Of a DNA stretch of 64,000 nt, positions 49,944-59,759 are shown in pieces. The stretch spans positions 25,379 through 89,378 of the forward strand of contig DAISVU010000006.1 of assembly GCA_036839975.1 (NCBI GenBank), read 5' to 3'. The position numbers were made by a program, and so were the translations under genes. Every line of letters starts with the position of its first letter. Within the stretch, counting starts at the first letter, position 1. The notes under the pieces were generated by a model. It had not been told where the DNA came from. It saw only the letters and a list, made by a program, of their open reading frames with translations, and searched no databases. Source of the DNA: Bacillota bacterium. GTDB taxonomy: Bacteria; Bacillota; Clostridia; Peptostreptococcales; Anaerovoracaceae.

Positions 49944-52900
49944 TAGAACTCATAAGGGCAAATATCGATTGGGAAAGACTCGGTTCCGGATATGAAAAGT
50001 ATGAGGCCGCAATTGAAGATGCGGTCATGTCGAAGGACGGCAGCAGCCTGACCGTGAATATGAGGCTCAATTTTGTGATGCCTTTTGAAAGTCATGAGCA
50101 GATATGTTCGGTGATAATGAAGAAGATCCCGGTTCTTGAAAATGTCTTTATATTCTATGAATATGAAATTAGCGGATTTATGCAGGATGATGAAGCTGCC
50201 GTCAGGCTTTTTACAGAGCATATGATTGATATTGTAGACGGAAGTTATGCAGCAGTTACAAAGACGATAGTTTCAGAAGATGTCCGAATAGATGGGGATG
50301 AAGTAGTTGTTCCGGCAGTCGGAGGCGTTGCGGTAGCAAGGCTCAATAGAGATGTTTCCTTGAAATTCGAAGAGCTGCTTTCGGAAAAGCTGAATATGGA
50401 TAAAAAGGTTATATTTGTAAATAGCGAGAAAGTGGTTAACGCCGCGGCAGAATTGAAAATAAAGCGGGAACAGGATGATATAAAACAGGCTGTGCGCAGG
50501 AAAGAACAAGCTAAAAAGATGGCGGCTGCATGCGACATCGCATATGGATCTGGTCAAGCCGGGACAAGTGATCAAAGCGGCATACGGAACGTAAAAGCCG
50601 CTGTACACGCTTCAAACGGTATAAAACGCAAGCGCAGACGCAGGGATTTGCGTGAGACTCCCGTTGAAGGAAACAGGATCATGGGCAAGGATATCAAAGG
50701 ACGGCCTATGGAGCTTTCAGAAGTATTTTCAAATGTGGGAACGACAGGCGTAACAGTTGAAGGCATATTATCTGAAAAGAACAGCAGGACAATAAAATCC
50801 GGCAGTAAATTAATGAAGCTTGTCATAACAGATAAAAAGACTTCACTCGCAATGAAAGCGTTCGTATCGAAAAAAAAATGGAACGATGTAGACGAAAATC
50901 TCAAGCCGGGATGTTTTGTAAAAGCGCAGGGCGATATAGAAGAAGATGTATACGAACATGAAGTAATGCTTAATGTTATGAGTATTGAAAAAGGCGAACT
51001 TAAGAAAAAAGAAGATAACTCCGAGATAAAGCGTGTTGAGCTGCATGCACACACTAAGATGAGTGCAATGGACGGTCTCAGCGAACCCGCTGATCTTGTG
51101 CGAAGAGCTGTCGAGTGGGGACATGCCGCCATTGCGATTACGGATCATGGAGTTGCGCAGGCTTTTCCGGATGCTATGCATGCGGCAGACGGCAGTGATA
51201 TAAAAGTAATATACGGCATGGAAGCATACCTTTATAATGATGACGGCTGTAGAGACCGTGAGGGCAACATAAATCTCAAAGCGCGCAAATATAATCATGC
51301 GATACTTCTGGCAAAGAATCAAAAGGGGCTTAAAAACCTCTACAAGCTAGTATCTATCTCACATTTGAAATATATATATAAAAAGCCTCTTTTGCCGAAA
51401 TCGGTGATAGAGGAATACCGGGAAGGCATTATACTGGGATCGGCCTGCGAGGCAGGTGAGGTATTCCGTGCTATAGTAAGGGGAAAATCCGAAGAGGAGA
51501 TCGAAGAACTTGCGGGATTTTACGATTATCTTGAAATTCAGCCGATCATAAACAACCATTTCATGATAGACAGCAGCAGGCATCCGTCTATCAGGGACGA
51601 TGAAGACCTGCGCGATCTAAATCGCAGGGTCATCGCGCTCGGTGAAAAGCTCGGAAAACCCGTAGCCGCGACATGCGATGCGCACTATATAGACGAGGAA
51701 GATGGAAAGTTTCGCGAGATATTGCTTGCAGGCCAGGGATATAAGGACATAACGGGCGGACTTTTTTTCAGGACTACCGATGAGATGCTGGAGGAATTTT
51801 CATATCTCGGGGAAGAGAAGGCGCGTGAGGTCGTGATAGATGTACCAAATATGATTGCAGACAAGATAGGTTATGTGAAGCCGATCGCGGACGGCAAATT
51901 TCCGCCGGAGATCGAAAATGCGGATGTTGAGCTCAGAAAAGAATGTAACGAGAGAGCTGAGGATATATACGGCTCGCCGCTTCCTGAAAAGATAAAAGCG
52001 AGGCTCGACAAGGAGCTTGACTCAATTATAGGAAACGGATATGCGGTCATGTATGCGAGTGCTGAGATGCTCGTAAAGAAATCGCTGGCCGACGGCTTCT
52101 TGGTAGGGTCACGAGGTTCGGTCGGCTCTTCTTTTGCGGCTACGATGGCAGGTATAACGGAAGTGAATCCTCTGCCGCCGCACTACATATGCCCCGAATG
52201 CAAATACCTTGAATGGGGTGATGCAAATGAATACGACTGCGGCATTGACCTGCCTGAAAAAAGATGTCCGGTATGCGGGACAATGCTGAATCAGGACGGA
52301 TTTACAATACCGTTTGAAACGTTTTTGGGGTTTAAAGGCGATAAAGAACCTGATATAGATTTAAACTTTGCCGGTGAATACCAGGCGACTGCGCACAAGT
52401 ACGTTGAAGAGATATTCGGCGCAAATAATGTATATAAAGCGGGGACTATAGGAACGCTCAAGAACAAGACCGCATACGGTTTTGTAAAAAAATATTTCGA
52501 TGAGCGCGGTATCAGCACCGGTAAATACGAAACAGACAGGCTTGTGAAAGGCTGTGTGGGAGTAAAGCGAACGACGGGGCAGCATCCCGGAGGCATTATA
52601 ATCGTGCCTGAGGATCATGAGATCTATGAATTCTGCCCTGTGCAGCATCCTGCAAACGACATGAGTTCAGATGTGGTGACGACACATTTTGATTATCATT
52701 CGATCAATGAAAATCTTTTGAAACTTGACATTCTGGGACATGACGTGCCTTCGATGATAAGGCATTTACAGGATATAACGGGTGTAGATCCGCTGAAAGT
52801 ACCTTTAAAAGATGAGAAAGTAAACAGTATATTCAACAGTATAGAGGGCCTGGGTATAGTAGATAAGGACTATAAATTCAAACACGGGAGCTACGGAGTG

Positions 52901-53770
52901 CCGGAGTTCGGCACGAGCTTCGTAAGGCAGATGCTGGATGATACCGAACCGACGCGTTTCGGCGATTTTGTCAGGATAGCAGGGTTTTCACACGGAACGA
53001 ACGTGTGGCTAAATAATGCCAAGGAATTAATAACACAGGGAACGGCATCAATGAAGGAAGCGATATCGACGCGCGATGACATAATGAATTATCTTATCCT
53101 TAAAGGATTGCCAAATGAAAAGGCATTTAAGATCATGGAAAAAGTCAGGAAGGGAAAAGGCCTCTCAGACGATGAAGAGGCTATGATGCGCGAGTACAAT
53201 GTGCCGGATTGGTATATCAGATCCTGCCAGCTTATAGAATACATGTTCCCTCGTGCACATGCTGTGGCCTATGTTATCATGTCATACAGAATAGCTTATT
53301 ACAAAGTGTATTATCCGCGTGAATTCTATGCAGTCATATTTACGACCAAACTTGAGGAGTTCAATTGGGATGTTATAAAAAGGGGGCCGCGTGCGATCCT
53401 TCAAAAACTCGAAGAGATACAGGTAAAGGGTGATGAAGCCTCAAATAAAGAAGAGGCGGAGGCGGTACCTTATGAGCTTGCATATGAGATGTACGCGAGA
53501 GGATATGAGTTTGAAGCACCGACGCTCGAACATTCAAGGGCAATGAAATTTATTGTAAAAAACGGCAGAGTGCAGGTGCCGCTCTGCGCACTCGACGGAG
53601 TGGGTGAGAGCGCCGGAAAGACGATAGAAGAAGAATATGAAAAGCGTCCGTTCAGCACCGTCGAAGACCTGAGAGTCCGCGCCGGGGCAAATAGGACAGC
53701 TGTAGAATCTCTGCGCGAGGCGGGGATGCTTGCAGGACTGCCGGAGACAGATCAGCTGTGCTTCCTGTAG
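49940..53770 (+). CDS. polC: PolC-type DNA polymerase III alpha subunit, without the usual exonuclease insertion
   Basis: ATGA overlap with ispG. PHP motifs ELHAHT/ITDHG/GMEAY, Zn module CPECK..CPVCG, GSRGSVGSS, PDIDLNF, RTTGQHPGG. 1276 aa. Confidence 0.95.
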   Translation: MIELIRANIDWERLGSGYEKYEAAIEDAVMSKDGSSLTVNMRLNFVMPFESHEQICSVIMKKIPVLENVFIFYEYEISGFMQDDEAAVRLFTEHMIDIVDGSYAAVTKTIVSEDVRIDGDEVVVPAVGGVAVARLNRDVSLKFEELLSEKLNMDKKVIFVNSEKVVNAAAELKIKREQDDIKQAVRRKEQAKKMAAACDIAYGSGQAGTSDQSGIRNVKAAVHASNGIKRKRRRRDLRETPVEGNRIMGKDIKGRPMELSEVFSNVGTTGVTVEGILSEKNSRTIKSGSKLMKLVITDKKTSLAMKAFVSKKKWNDVDENLKPGCFVKAQGDIEEDVYEHEVMLNVMSIEKGELKKKEDNSEIKRVELHAHTKMSAMDGLSEPADLVRRAVEWGHAAIAITDHGVAQAFPDAMHAADGSDIKVIYGMEAYLYNDDGCRDREGNINLKARKYNHAILLAKNQKGLKNLYKLVSISHLKYIYKKPLLPKSVIEEYREGIILGSACEAGEVFRAIVRGKSEEEIEELAGFYDYLEIQPIINNHFMIDSSRHPSIRDDEDLRDLNRRVIALGEKLGKPVAATCDAHYIDEEDGKFREILLAGQGYKDITGGLFFRTTDEMLEEFSYLGEEKAREVVIDVPNMIADKIGYVKPIADGKFPPEIENADVELRKECNERAEDIYGSPLPEKIKARLDKELDSIIGNGYAVMYASAEMLVKKSLADGFLVGSRGSVGSSFAATMAGITEVNPLPPHYICPECKYLEWGDANEYDCGIDLPEKRCPVCGTMLNQDGFTIPFETFLGFKGDKEPDIDLNFAGEYQATAHKYVEEIFGANNVYKAGTIGTLKNKTAYGFVKKYFDERGISTGKYETDRLVKGCVGVKRTTGQHPGGIIIVPEDHEIYEFCPVQHPANDMSSDVVTTHFDYHSINENLLKLDILGHDVPSMIRHLQDITGVDPLKVPLKDEKVNSIFNSIEGLGIVDKDYKFKHGSYGVPEFGTSFVRQMLDDTEPTRFGDFVRIAGFSHGTNVWLNNAKELITQGTASMKEAISTRDDIMNYLILKGLPNEKAFKIMEKVRKGKGLSDDEEAMMREYNVPDWYIRSCQLIEYMFPRAHAVAYVIMSYRIAYYKVYYPREFYAVIFTTKLEEFNWDVIKRGPRAILQKLEEIQVKGDEASNKEEAEAVPYELAYEMYARGYEFEAPTLEHSRAMKFIVKNGRVQVPLCALDGVGESAGKTIEEEYEKRPFSTVEDLRVRAGANRTAVESLREAGMLAGLPETDQLCFL

Positions 53771-53808
53771 CAAAATACGGAAACCGCTCTTCCTTTGTTA
53801 TAAAATGC

Positions 53809-53837
53809 TTGCAATGAGTGGTTTTAGATGTTATTAT
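53809..53837 (+). promoter_or_regulatory. promoter of the rimP-nusA-infB operon
   Basis: TTGCAA-17 nt-TATTAT with TGt extended -10. Confidence 0.55.
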
Positions 53838-53868
53838 ACTGATAGTGTCAATACTGAATTGTAGCGAT

Positions 53869-53894
53869 AAAGAGTGGGATTTTTCCCACTCTTT
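53869..53894 (+). promoter_or_regulatory. leader hairpin (candidate NusA-sensitive attenuator)
   Basis: Perfect AAAGAGTGGG(A)-tttt-(T)CCCACTCTTT stem followed by an interrupted T tract (ACTTCACTG). It lies between the promoter and rimP. Confidence 0.45.
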
Positions 53895-53988
53895 ACTTCA
53901 CTGTGAAAAAATATATTAAAGCCGGCTTCCACGCCGCGGCATGTATCGAAAAGCGGCAATTGCAGGTGTAAGGCTTAAAGGAGATAAA

Positions 53989-54462
53989 ATGGCTGGACAG
54001 AGCATAAAGAAACTTGTTGCTGAAGAAACTTCGGAATTCTTCGATAAAAACGGCTATGAGCTGTATAATGTTGAATTTGTAAAAGAAGGAAGTGACTGGT
54101 TTTTAAGAGTGTATATAGATATGATCGATCCCGACCGATATGTCGGTACTGAAGACTGTGAAAAAGTGAGCAGATATCTTAGCGATATGCTCGATAAAAA
54201 GGATCCTGTCTCGCAGAGCTATTATCTGGAAGTCAGTTCACCGGGAATGGACAGGACGCTTTTAAAGGATGCGGATTTTGAAAGATATGCCGGGAAACGT
54301 GTGGAACTGAGTCTTTACAAAGCGATGAACGGACAGAAAAAGCTGGAGGGCATACTCAAAGGACTCGAAGGCGATGAAATAGTTATAACAGACGATGCCG
54401 AAAACATATTGCGCCTGCAAAAAAAACAGGTTGCAAAGACTAAACTGGTAGTAGTTTTCTAG
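53989..54462 (+). CDS. rimP: ribosome maturation factor RimP
   Basis: AAAGGAG RBS. GYELYNVEFVKEG..FLRVYID and LEVSSPGMDR motifs. Confidence 0.85.
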   Translation: MAGQSIKKLVAEETSEFFDKNGYELYNVEFVKEGSDWFLRVYIDMIDPDRYVGTEDCEKVSRYLSDMLDKKDPVSQSYYLEVSSPGMDRTLLKDADFERYAGKRVELSLYKAMNGQKKLEGILKGLEGDEIVITDDAENILRLQKKQVAKTKLVVVF

Positions 54463-54486
54463 AGAAATAAGGAGGACAATAAAAAA

Positions 54487-55812
54487 ATGAGCAAAGCCTT
54501 TATAGATGCCATCGAAGCACTGGAAAAAGAAAAAGATGTTTCAAAGGATGTAATTTTTGAGGCAATCGAGTCAGCATTGATCTCTGCATATAAGAAAAAT
54601 TACGGGACATCACAGAATGTACGTGTTGAGATCGACAAGGAAGATGGCGAAATAGATGTGTTTATGCAAAAAGATGTTGTTGAAGAAGTAGAGGATGACT
54701 CGGTTCAGATCTCGATCGAGGAGGCAAGAGAAATAGACCCGCGTTATGAAGTGGGAGACATAGTGGAATATCAGGTAAAGCCCAGGGATTTCGGCAGGAT
54801 AGCGGCACAGACCGCAAAGCAGGTAGTCGTGCAGAGAATAAGAGAAGCTGAAAGAAGCATGATCTACGATGAATTTATAAACAAGCAGGGTGAAATAGTA
54901 AACGGCACCGTGCAGAGAATAAGCCATGAGACAATATTTGTCAATATGGGTAAAGCGGAAGGCATTCTTTCGGCGGCTGAAAGAGTCCCCGGCGAACGAT
55001 TTCAGACAAACGACAGGCTCAAGGTCTATATAATGGATGTAAAAAAGACTACAAAGGGACCACAGGTATTCCTGTCGAGGTCTCATCCGAGTCTTGTAAG
55101 AAAAATGTTTGAACTTGAAGTTCCTGAAATAGAAGACGGAATAGTTGAGATAAAGAGTATAGCCAGAGAAGCAGGCTCAAGGACCAAGATCGCTGTGCAT
55201 ACGGATGATGAAAATGTTGATCCGATAGGAGCATGTGTTGGCGCACGTGGATACAGAGTTCAGAACATCGTTGATGAACTTTTCGGTGAAAAGATCGATA
55301 TTACCGTATGGAGCGAGGATCCGAAGGATTTTATAAGCAACGTGCTTAGCCCTGCGACTGTTGAGGAAGTATTTCTTGATGACAGCGAAGAAAAAGCTGC
55401 TACGGTAGTAGTGCCGGACCATCAGCTTTCACTTGCAATAGGCAAGGAAGGACAGAACGTGCGGCTTGCGGCGAAGTTATGCGGCTGGAAGATAGATATA
55501 AAGAGTCATTCTCAGTACTTCAGTGCTGAGGAAACTTTTGCCGATGATGATATGGAATTTACGGATGACGATGTATATTACTATGATGCGGATACAGAGA
55601 GCGAAGCCACGGATATGGATAATGAACCTGAGATCGAAGAGGAATATGCAGCGGAAGCGGATACAGAAGACGGTGTCGTAGATATTGATGGTTCTGAATT
55701 CAAAGATGCAAACGAGGAAGAATCGGCTGCGGGGACCTATGATGTAAAGTCCGGTGAAGCCGGAACCGAAGGGCAGGATGTGGCCGATGAATACGGGAAT
55801 GTGGAAGACTGA
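54487..55812 (+). CDS. nusA: transcription termination/antitermination factor NusA with acidic C-terminal tail
   Basis: N-terminal domain, S1 (GEIVNGTVQRI) and KH1/KH2 (REAGSRTKIAV; LSLAIGKEGQNVRLA). Confidence 0.95.
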   Translation: MSKAFIDAIEALEKEKDVSKDVIFEAIESALISAYKKNYGTSQNVRVEIDKEDGEIDVFMQKDVVEEVEDDSVQISIEEAREIDPRYEVGDIVEYQVKPRDFGRIAAQTAKQVVVQRIREAERSMIYDEFINKQGEIVNGTVQRISHETIFVNMGKAEGILSAAERVPGERFQTNDRLKVYIMDVKKTTKGPQVFLSRSHPSLVRKMFELEVPEIEDGIVEIKSIAREAGSRTKIAVHTDDENVDPIGACVGARGYRVQNIVDELFGEKIDITVWSEDPKDFISNVLSPATVEEVFLDDSEEKAATVVVPDHQLSLAIGKEGQNVRLAAKLCGWKIDIKSHSQYFSAEETFADDDMEFTDDDVYYYDADTESEATDMDNEPEIEEEYAAEADTEDGVVDIDGSEFKDANEEESAAGTYDVKSGEAGTEGQDVADEYGNVED

Positions 55813-56075
55813 TGAAAGAGAAACGAAGACCCATGCGAAAGTGCGTGGGATGCATGGAATCAAAACCGAAAAGTGAGCTGATCAGGATAATAGCCTATGA
55901 AGGAAAGATAAACATCGATGTAACGGGTAGAGCAAATGGAAGGGGCGCTTACATTTGTCCTGAAGCAGAGTGCCTTGCAAAGGCTGAAAAAAATAACGGG
56001 TTAAAGCGCAGTTTGAAGACGGATATAGACAAGGAAACCTTAGCGCAGCTTTTTGAAGACCTTAAAACTTATTAA
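55812..56075 (+). CDS. ylxR: YlxR/RnpM-family RNA-binding protein (DUF448)
   Basis: Stop/start overlap with nusA. RKCVGC..K.ELIRI and GRGAYIC motifs. Confidence 0.85.
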   Translation: MKEKRRPMRKCVGCMESKPKSELIRIIAYEGKINIDVTGRANGRGAYICPEAECLAKAEKNNGLKRSLKTDIDKETLAQLFEDLKTY

Positions 56076-56135
56076 AAGTGAGCAGTTTGGAAACAAAAGC
56101 TTATACTCAAATGTATGTTGGAAAGGACGACACAC

Positions 56136-56441
56136 ATGAAGGATAAAATGCTTACTTACATAGGGTTTGCCAAAAAGGCCGGGAAACTTGTTGCTGGAAG
56201 TAACGCGTGCAGATTCGCGATGAAAAAGGGACGGCTGAAACTTCTGATAATCGCTGAAGATGCCTCGGAAAATACAAAGAACAAGATGGCGGGCGAGGCC
56301 GGATCGCAGGGACTTCCGTACAAGGTTTACGGATACAGCGATGAACTGTCGCATACAGCGGGCACTTCAGGCAGGATGGTGTTCGGAATAACAGACGATA
56401 ATTTTGCAAAAGTGATAACAGAGCAGATAACAGAGTCATAA
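56136..56441 (+). CDS. ylxQ: L7Ae/L30e-family RNA-binding protein (YlxQ-like)
   Basis: AAAGGA RBS 8 nt before ATG 56136. [15 protein letters not shown] motif. Confidence 0.8.
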   Translation: MKDKMLTYIGFAKKAGKLVAGSNACRFAMKKGRLKLLIIAEDASENTKNKMAGEAGSQGLPYKVYGYSDELSHTAGTSGRMVFGITDDNFAKVITEQITES

Positions 56442-56466
56442 TCAGTGTGAAGGAGGAAATCGCAAT

Positions 56467-59301
56467 ATGACAATACAGGAATTAGCTAAAGAGCTGACTA
56501 TGAACAGCATGGAGCTTCTTGAAAAGGTCAAAGCAATAGGCGTCAAAGCCAGGGCTGTTGCAGATGAGATCACAGACGAGGATGCTGAAAAAGTCAGAAA
56601 AAAACTCAAGAAAAAGAAAAAAGACGCAGAAACCAAAGTAGTCAAGGTAGCGCCAAAGAAAGAATCGGAGGAAGAAACGGGCGAATCGAAGGTGACTGTA
56701 AAAGCTGCAACTATTACAATCCCCGAAAAACCCGAAAAACTGCAGCACCGTAAGAGCAGGGAACAGAGAAAGACGCCGGCAAGGAAGCCGCCTGTCGGAA
56801 AACCGGTGGTATCTAAGGAAGTGGAAGGTCGCAGAAAGCCTCCGGCAGGAAAACCGGTAGTGCCGAAAGATCTGCATTCCAAGGGCGATAATGTGTCTGT
56901 AAAGCCTACTGTTAAGAAGCCGGATGAAAACCGGCCTGAGGCGGAAGAGGCAAAGAAAATAGAAGAAAAAAGGCTTTCAGCAGAAGCTGTAAAGGAAGCA
57001 ACAGAAGCGCATGTAAATGCAAAAGTGGAAGCCCCGGAAACAGAAGAAACGGCAGAAAAGGCTGAAACCCCTGTAAAGTCTGAGAAAGCCGCAGAAAAGA
57101 AACCTGAAAAAAAGACTTATAGAGAAGCTCCAAAAGAAGAAATAGTTAAAAAAGAAAAGACCGAGAGGAAGCATATCGGTCCTGTTATCGTAAGAACTGC
57201 TCAGGAAGAAAAAGATCGCATAGCCAGGCAGAAGAAAGCTTCGGAAGAAAAGAGAAGGGCACTCAAAAAAGCAAGGGAAGGAAAGATCGTAAAGGACGTA
57301 AAGCCAAAGATTGAAAGAAAACGAGCCGTGCAGTCATCTAGACCTGCAGAAACTCCTTCACAAAAGACTGACGGCAGAAAAGAAAGAAAAAAGAAAACAA
57401 AGGAAAAGGAAAGAGATAAATTCTCAAGACTGGAAAAGAGAAACCAGCGGACGGAATGGCGATCACTTGAGAAAAAGCAGAGACCTAAGAAGAAGGCGAA
57501 ACCGAAGCCTGCTACGGAAACTATAAAAGAGGAAGCACCTCTTCCTGCAGGGACTAAGGTAATAAATGTACCTATCACTGTAGCGGGTCTCAGTGAACAG
57601 ACGCAGATGTCCGTCTCAAAGATAATCATGACACTCATGAAAATGGGAGTTATGGCAAATGTCAATCAGACGCTTGATGAAGACACTGTGCTCCTTCTTG
57701 CTGATGAGCTGGGACTAAGTATCGTAATAGGAAAAATCGAAAAAGAAGTCTTGGAACAGGGACTTGAAAATTTTGAAGACAAGAAAGAAGATCTGAGGCC
57801 AAGGCCGCCGATAATCACTGTGATGGGCCATGTAGATCATGGAAAAACGTCTCTTCTTGATGCAATTAGAAACACAAACGTTACTGCCGGAGAGTCCGGC
57901 GGCATTACACAGCACATAGGCGCGTCGGAAGTTGAGATAAACGGACAGAAGATAGTCTTCCTGGATACGCCGGGACACGAAGCTTTTACGGCGATGAGAG
58001 CGAGGGGCGCGCACATAACGGATATAGCGGTGCTGGTAGTTGCCGCTGATGACAGTGTAAAACCTCAGACAATAGAGTCCATCAGTCATGTAAAGGCGGC
58101 GGGAGTGCCGATCATCGTTGCTGTAAACAAGATGGATAAACCGGGAGCAAATCCCGATATGGTAAAAAAAGACCTCGCGGACCAGGGAGTTCTTGTTGAG
58201 GACTGGGGCGGAAATGTGATCTGCGTACCGGTGTCGGCAAAGACGGGTGACGGCATAGTAAATCTTCTTGAGATGATACTCCTGCAGTCAGAGGTTCTGG
58301 AGCTTAAGGCAAATCCAAACAGACTTGCAATGGGTACAGTCATAGAAGCGAGACTTGACAAAGCGAAAGGTCCTGTAGCGACACTTCTTGTAACTAACGG
58401 AACGCTAAAATCAACCATGAGCGTAGTTGCTGGAACCAGCGCGGGACGCATCAGACTTATGACGGACTTCAAGGGAAACACCATACATAAAGCAGGTCCT
58501 GCAACAGCAGTTGAAATTCTGGGTCTTTCAAGCGTTCCGGCAGCAGGAGATGAATTCAACGCGGTTAAGAATGACAAGACGGCCAAGGAGATTGCTGAGA
58601 ACAGGCAGCTGAAGCAGAGGGAAGAAGTTATGGCAAGGACCTCAAGCAGCACGCTCGAGGAACTTTTCAGCCAGATACAGGAAGGTAAAGTGAAAGAACT
58701 CAGCCTTATAATCAAGGGCGATGTTGAGGGTTCCGTAGGAGCTGTGTCATCCTCGCTTGAAAAGCTAAGTACAGATGATGTCAAGGTCAAGATCATACAC
58801 ACCGGTGTCGGAGCAATAACAGAATCGGACGTGATGCTTGCAGGCACATCGCAGGCGATCATAATAGGTTTCAATGTGCGGCCTGCGGCAGGCGTTTCAC
58901 AGATGGCCGAACGCGATAAAGTCCAGATAAGAACGTACAGAGTCATATATGACATCATAGATGATATCGAAAATGCAATGAAGGGTCTGCTCGATCCTGA
59001 ATTCAAAGAAGTTATCATAGGTGAAGCGGAAATCCGAGATACATTCAAGGTGCCGGGAGCCGGCATCATAGGCGGCGCGTATGTTACGGACGGAAAGATA
59101 GCGAGAAATGCAGAAGTACGGCTTGTAAGAGACGGTATCGTAATTCATGAGGGTAAAGTATCCTCACTTAAAAGATTTAAAGATGATGTACGTGAAGTCT
59201 CTCAGGGATATGAATGCGGCATAGGTATCAAAGACTATAATGACATAAAGGAAGGCGATGTTATCGAATGCTTCCGGATGGAAGAGGTAGAACGGATATG
59301 A
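56467..59301 (+). CDS. infB: translation initiation factor IF-2
   Basis: GAAGGAGG RBS. K/E/P-rich N-terminal region and a GTPase domain ([24 protein letters not shown]). Confidence 0.97.
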   Translation: MTIQELAKELTMNSMELLEKVKAIGVKARAVADEITDEDAEKVRKKLKKKKKDAETKVVKVAPKKESEEETGESKVTVKAATITIPEKPEKLQHRKSREQRKTPARKPPVGKPVVSKEVEGRRKPPAGKPVVPKDLHSKGDNVSVKPTVKKPDENRPEAEEAKKIEEKRLSAEAVKEATEAHVNAKVEAPETEETAEKAETPVKSEKAAEKKPEKKTYREAPKEEIVKKEKTERKHIGPVIVRTAQEEKDRIARQKKASEEKRRALKKAREGKIVKDVKPKIERKRAVQSSRPAETPSQKTDGRKERKKKTKEKERDKFSRLEKRNQRTEWRSLEKKQRPKKKAKPKPATETIKEEAPLPAGTKVINVPITVAGLSEQTQMSVSKIIMTLMKMGVMANVNQTLDEDTVLLLADELGLSIVIGKIEKEVLEQGLENFEDKKEDLRPRPPIITVMGHVDHGKTSLLDAIRNTNVTAGESGGITQHIGASEVEINGQKIVFLDTPGHEAFTAMRARGAHITDIAVLVVAADDSVKPQTIESISHVKAAGVPIIVAVNKMDKPGANPDMVKKDLADQGVLVEDWGGNVICVPVSAKTGDGIVNLLEMILLQSEVLELKANPNRLAMGTVIEARLDKAKGPVATLLVTNGTLKSTMSVVAGTSAGRIRLMTDFKGNTIHKAGPATAVEILGLSSVPAAGDEFNAVKNDKTAKEIAENRQLKQREEVMARTSSSTLEELFSQIQEGKVKELSLIIKGDVEGSVGAVSSSLEKLSTDDVKVKIIHTGVGAITESDVMLAGTSQAIIIGFNVRPAAGVSQMAERDKVQIRTYRVIYDIIDDIENAMKGLLDPEFKEVIIGEAEIRDTFKVPGAGIIGGAYVTDGKIARNAEVRLVRDGIVIHEGKVSSLKRFKDDVREVSQGYECGIGIKDYNDIKEGDVIECFRMEEVERI

Positions 59302-59357
59302 TGTCGGTATGCATGCACAAATAAGTGACTGTGAATACAGAATAAAAAGGAGATCCG

Positions 59358-59759
59358 ATGGCAAAGAGCTATAAACCGGGAAGACTCGGTGAAGAGATCA
59401 AAAAAATAATAAGCGACATGCTTTTAAGGGAGCTGAAGGACCCGAGATTTTCATCGGGTCTTGTCAGCATAACAGGTGTTGATGTTTCTCCGGACGGAAG
59501 TTATGCGATCGTCTATGTTACGGAGCTTACACTGGGCAAATCGGATAATGTTGGTGTGCAGGCTAAGCAGGAACTTCTGGATGCATTCAGCAGCGCCAAG
59601 GGTCTTATAAGGAGTGAGATCGGAAAACGTGTAAAGGTCAGATATACCCCGGAACTCGTATTTAAGATGGATATATCTCTGGAATATGGACAGCGTATAG
59701 ATGAAGTAATAAGCGAGCTCGGAATCGAGAAATATGAAAATGATGAAGACGAAGAATGA
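59358..59759 (+). CDS. rbfA: ribosome-binding factor A
   Basis: AAAGGAG RBS. R..R..E.I...IS..L and the ITGVDVSPD motif. Confidence 0.9.
   Translation: MAKSYKPGRLGEEIKKIISDMLLRELKDPRFSSGLVSITGVDVSPDGSYAIVYVTELTLGKSDNVGVQAKQELLDAFSSAKGLIRSEIGKRVKVRYTPELVFKMDISLEYGQRIDEVISELGIEKYENDEDEE

Noticed and set aside
50870-50878. A9 homopolymer inside polC (and another at 10321-10329 in tatD) as a slipped-strand phase-variation site.
   Set aside because: Both are in frame and encode Lys runs within essential or housekeeping genes, and there is no evidence of frameshifted alternatives.
58086-59069. Long antisense ORFs (for example 327 aa opposite infB, 199 aa opposite 32796-33704, 203 aa opposite tgt, 206 aa opposite the flavodoxin gene, 184 aa opposite the PucR gene).
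   Set aside because: They are low-complexity S/T/P/A-rich translations without an RBS or motifs, lying entirely inside well-supported genes on the other strand. These are typical shadow ORFs.
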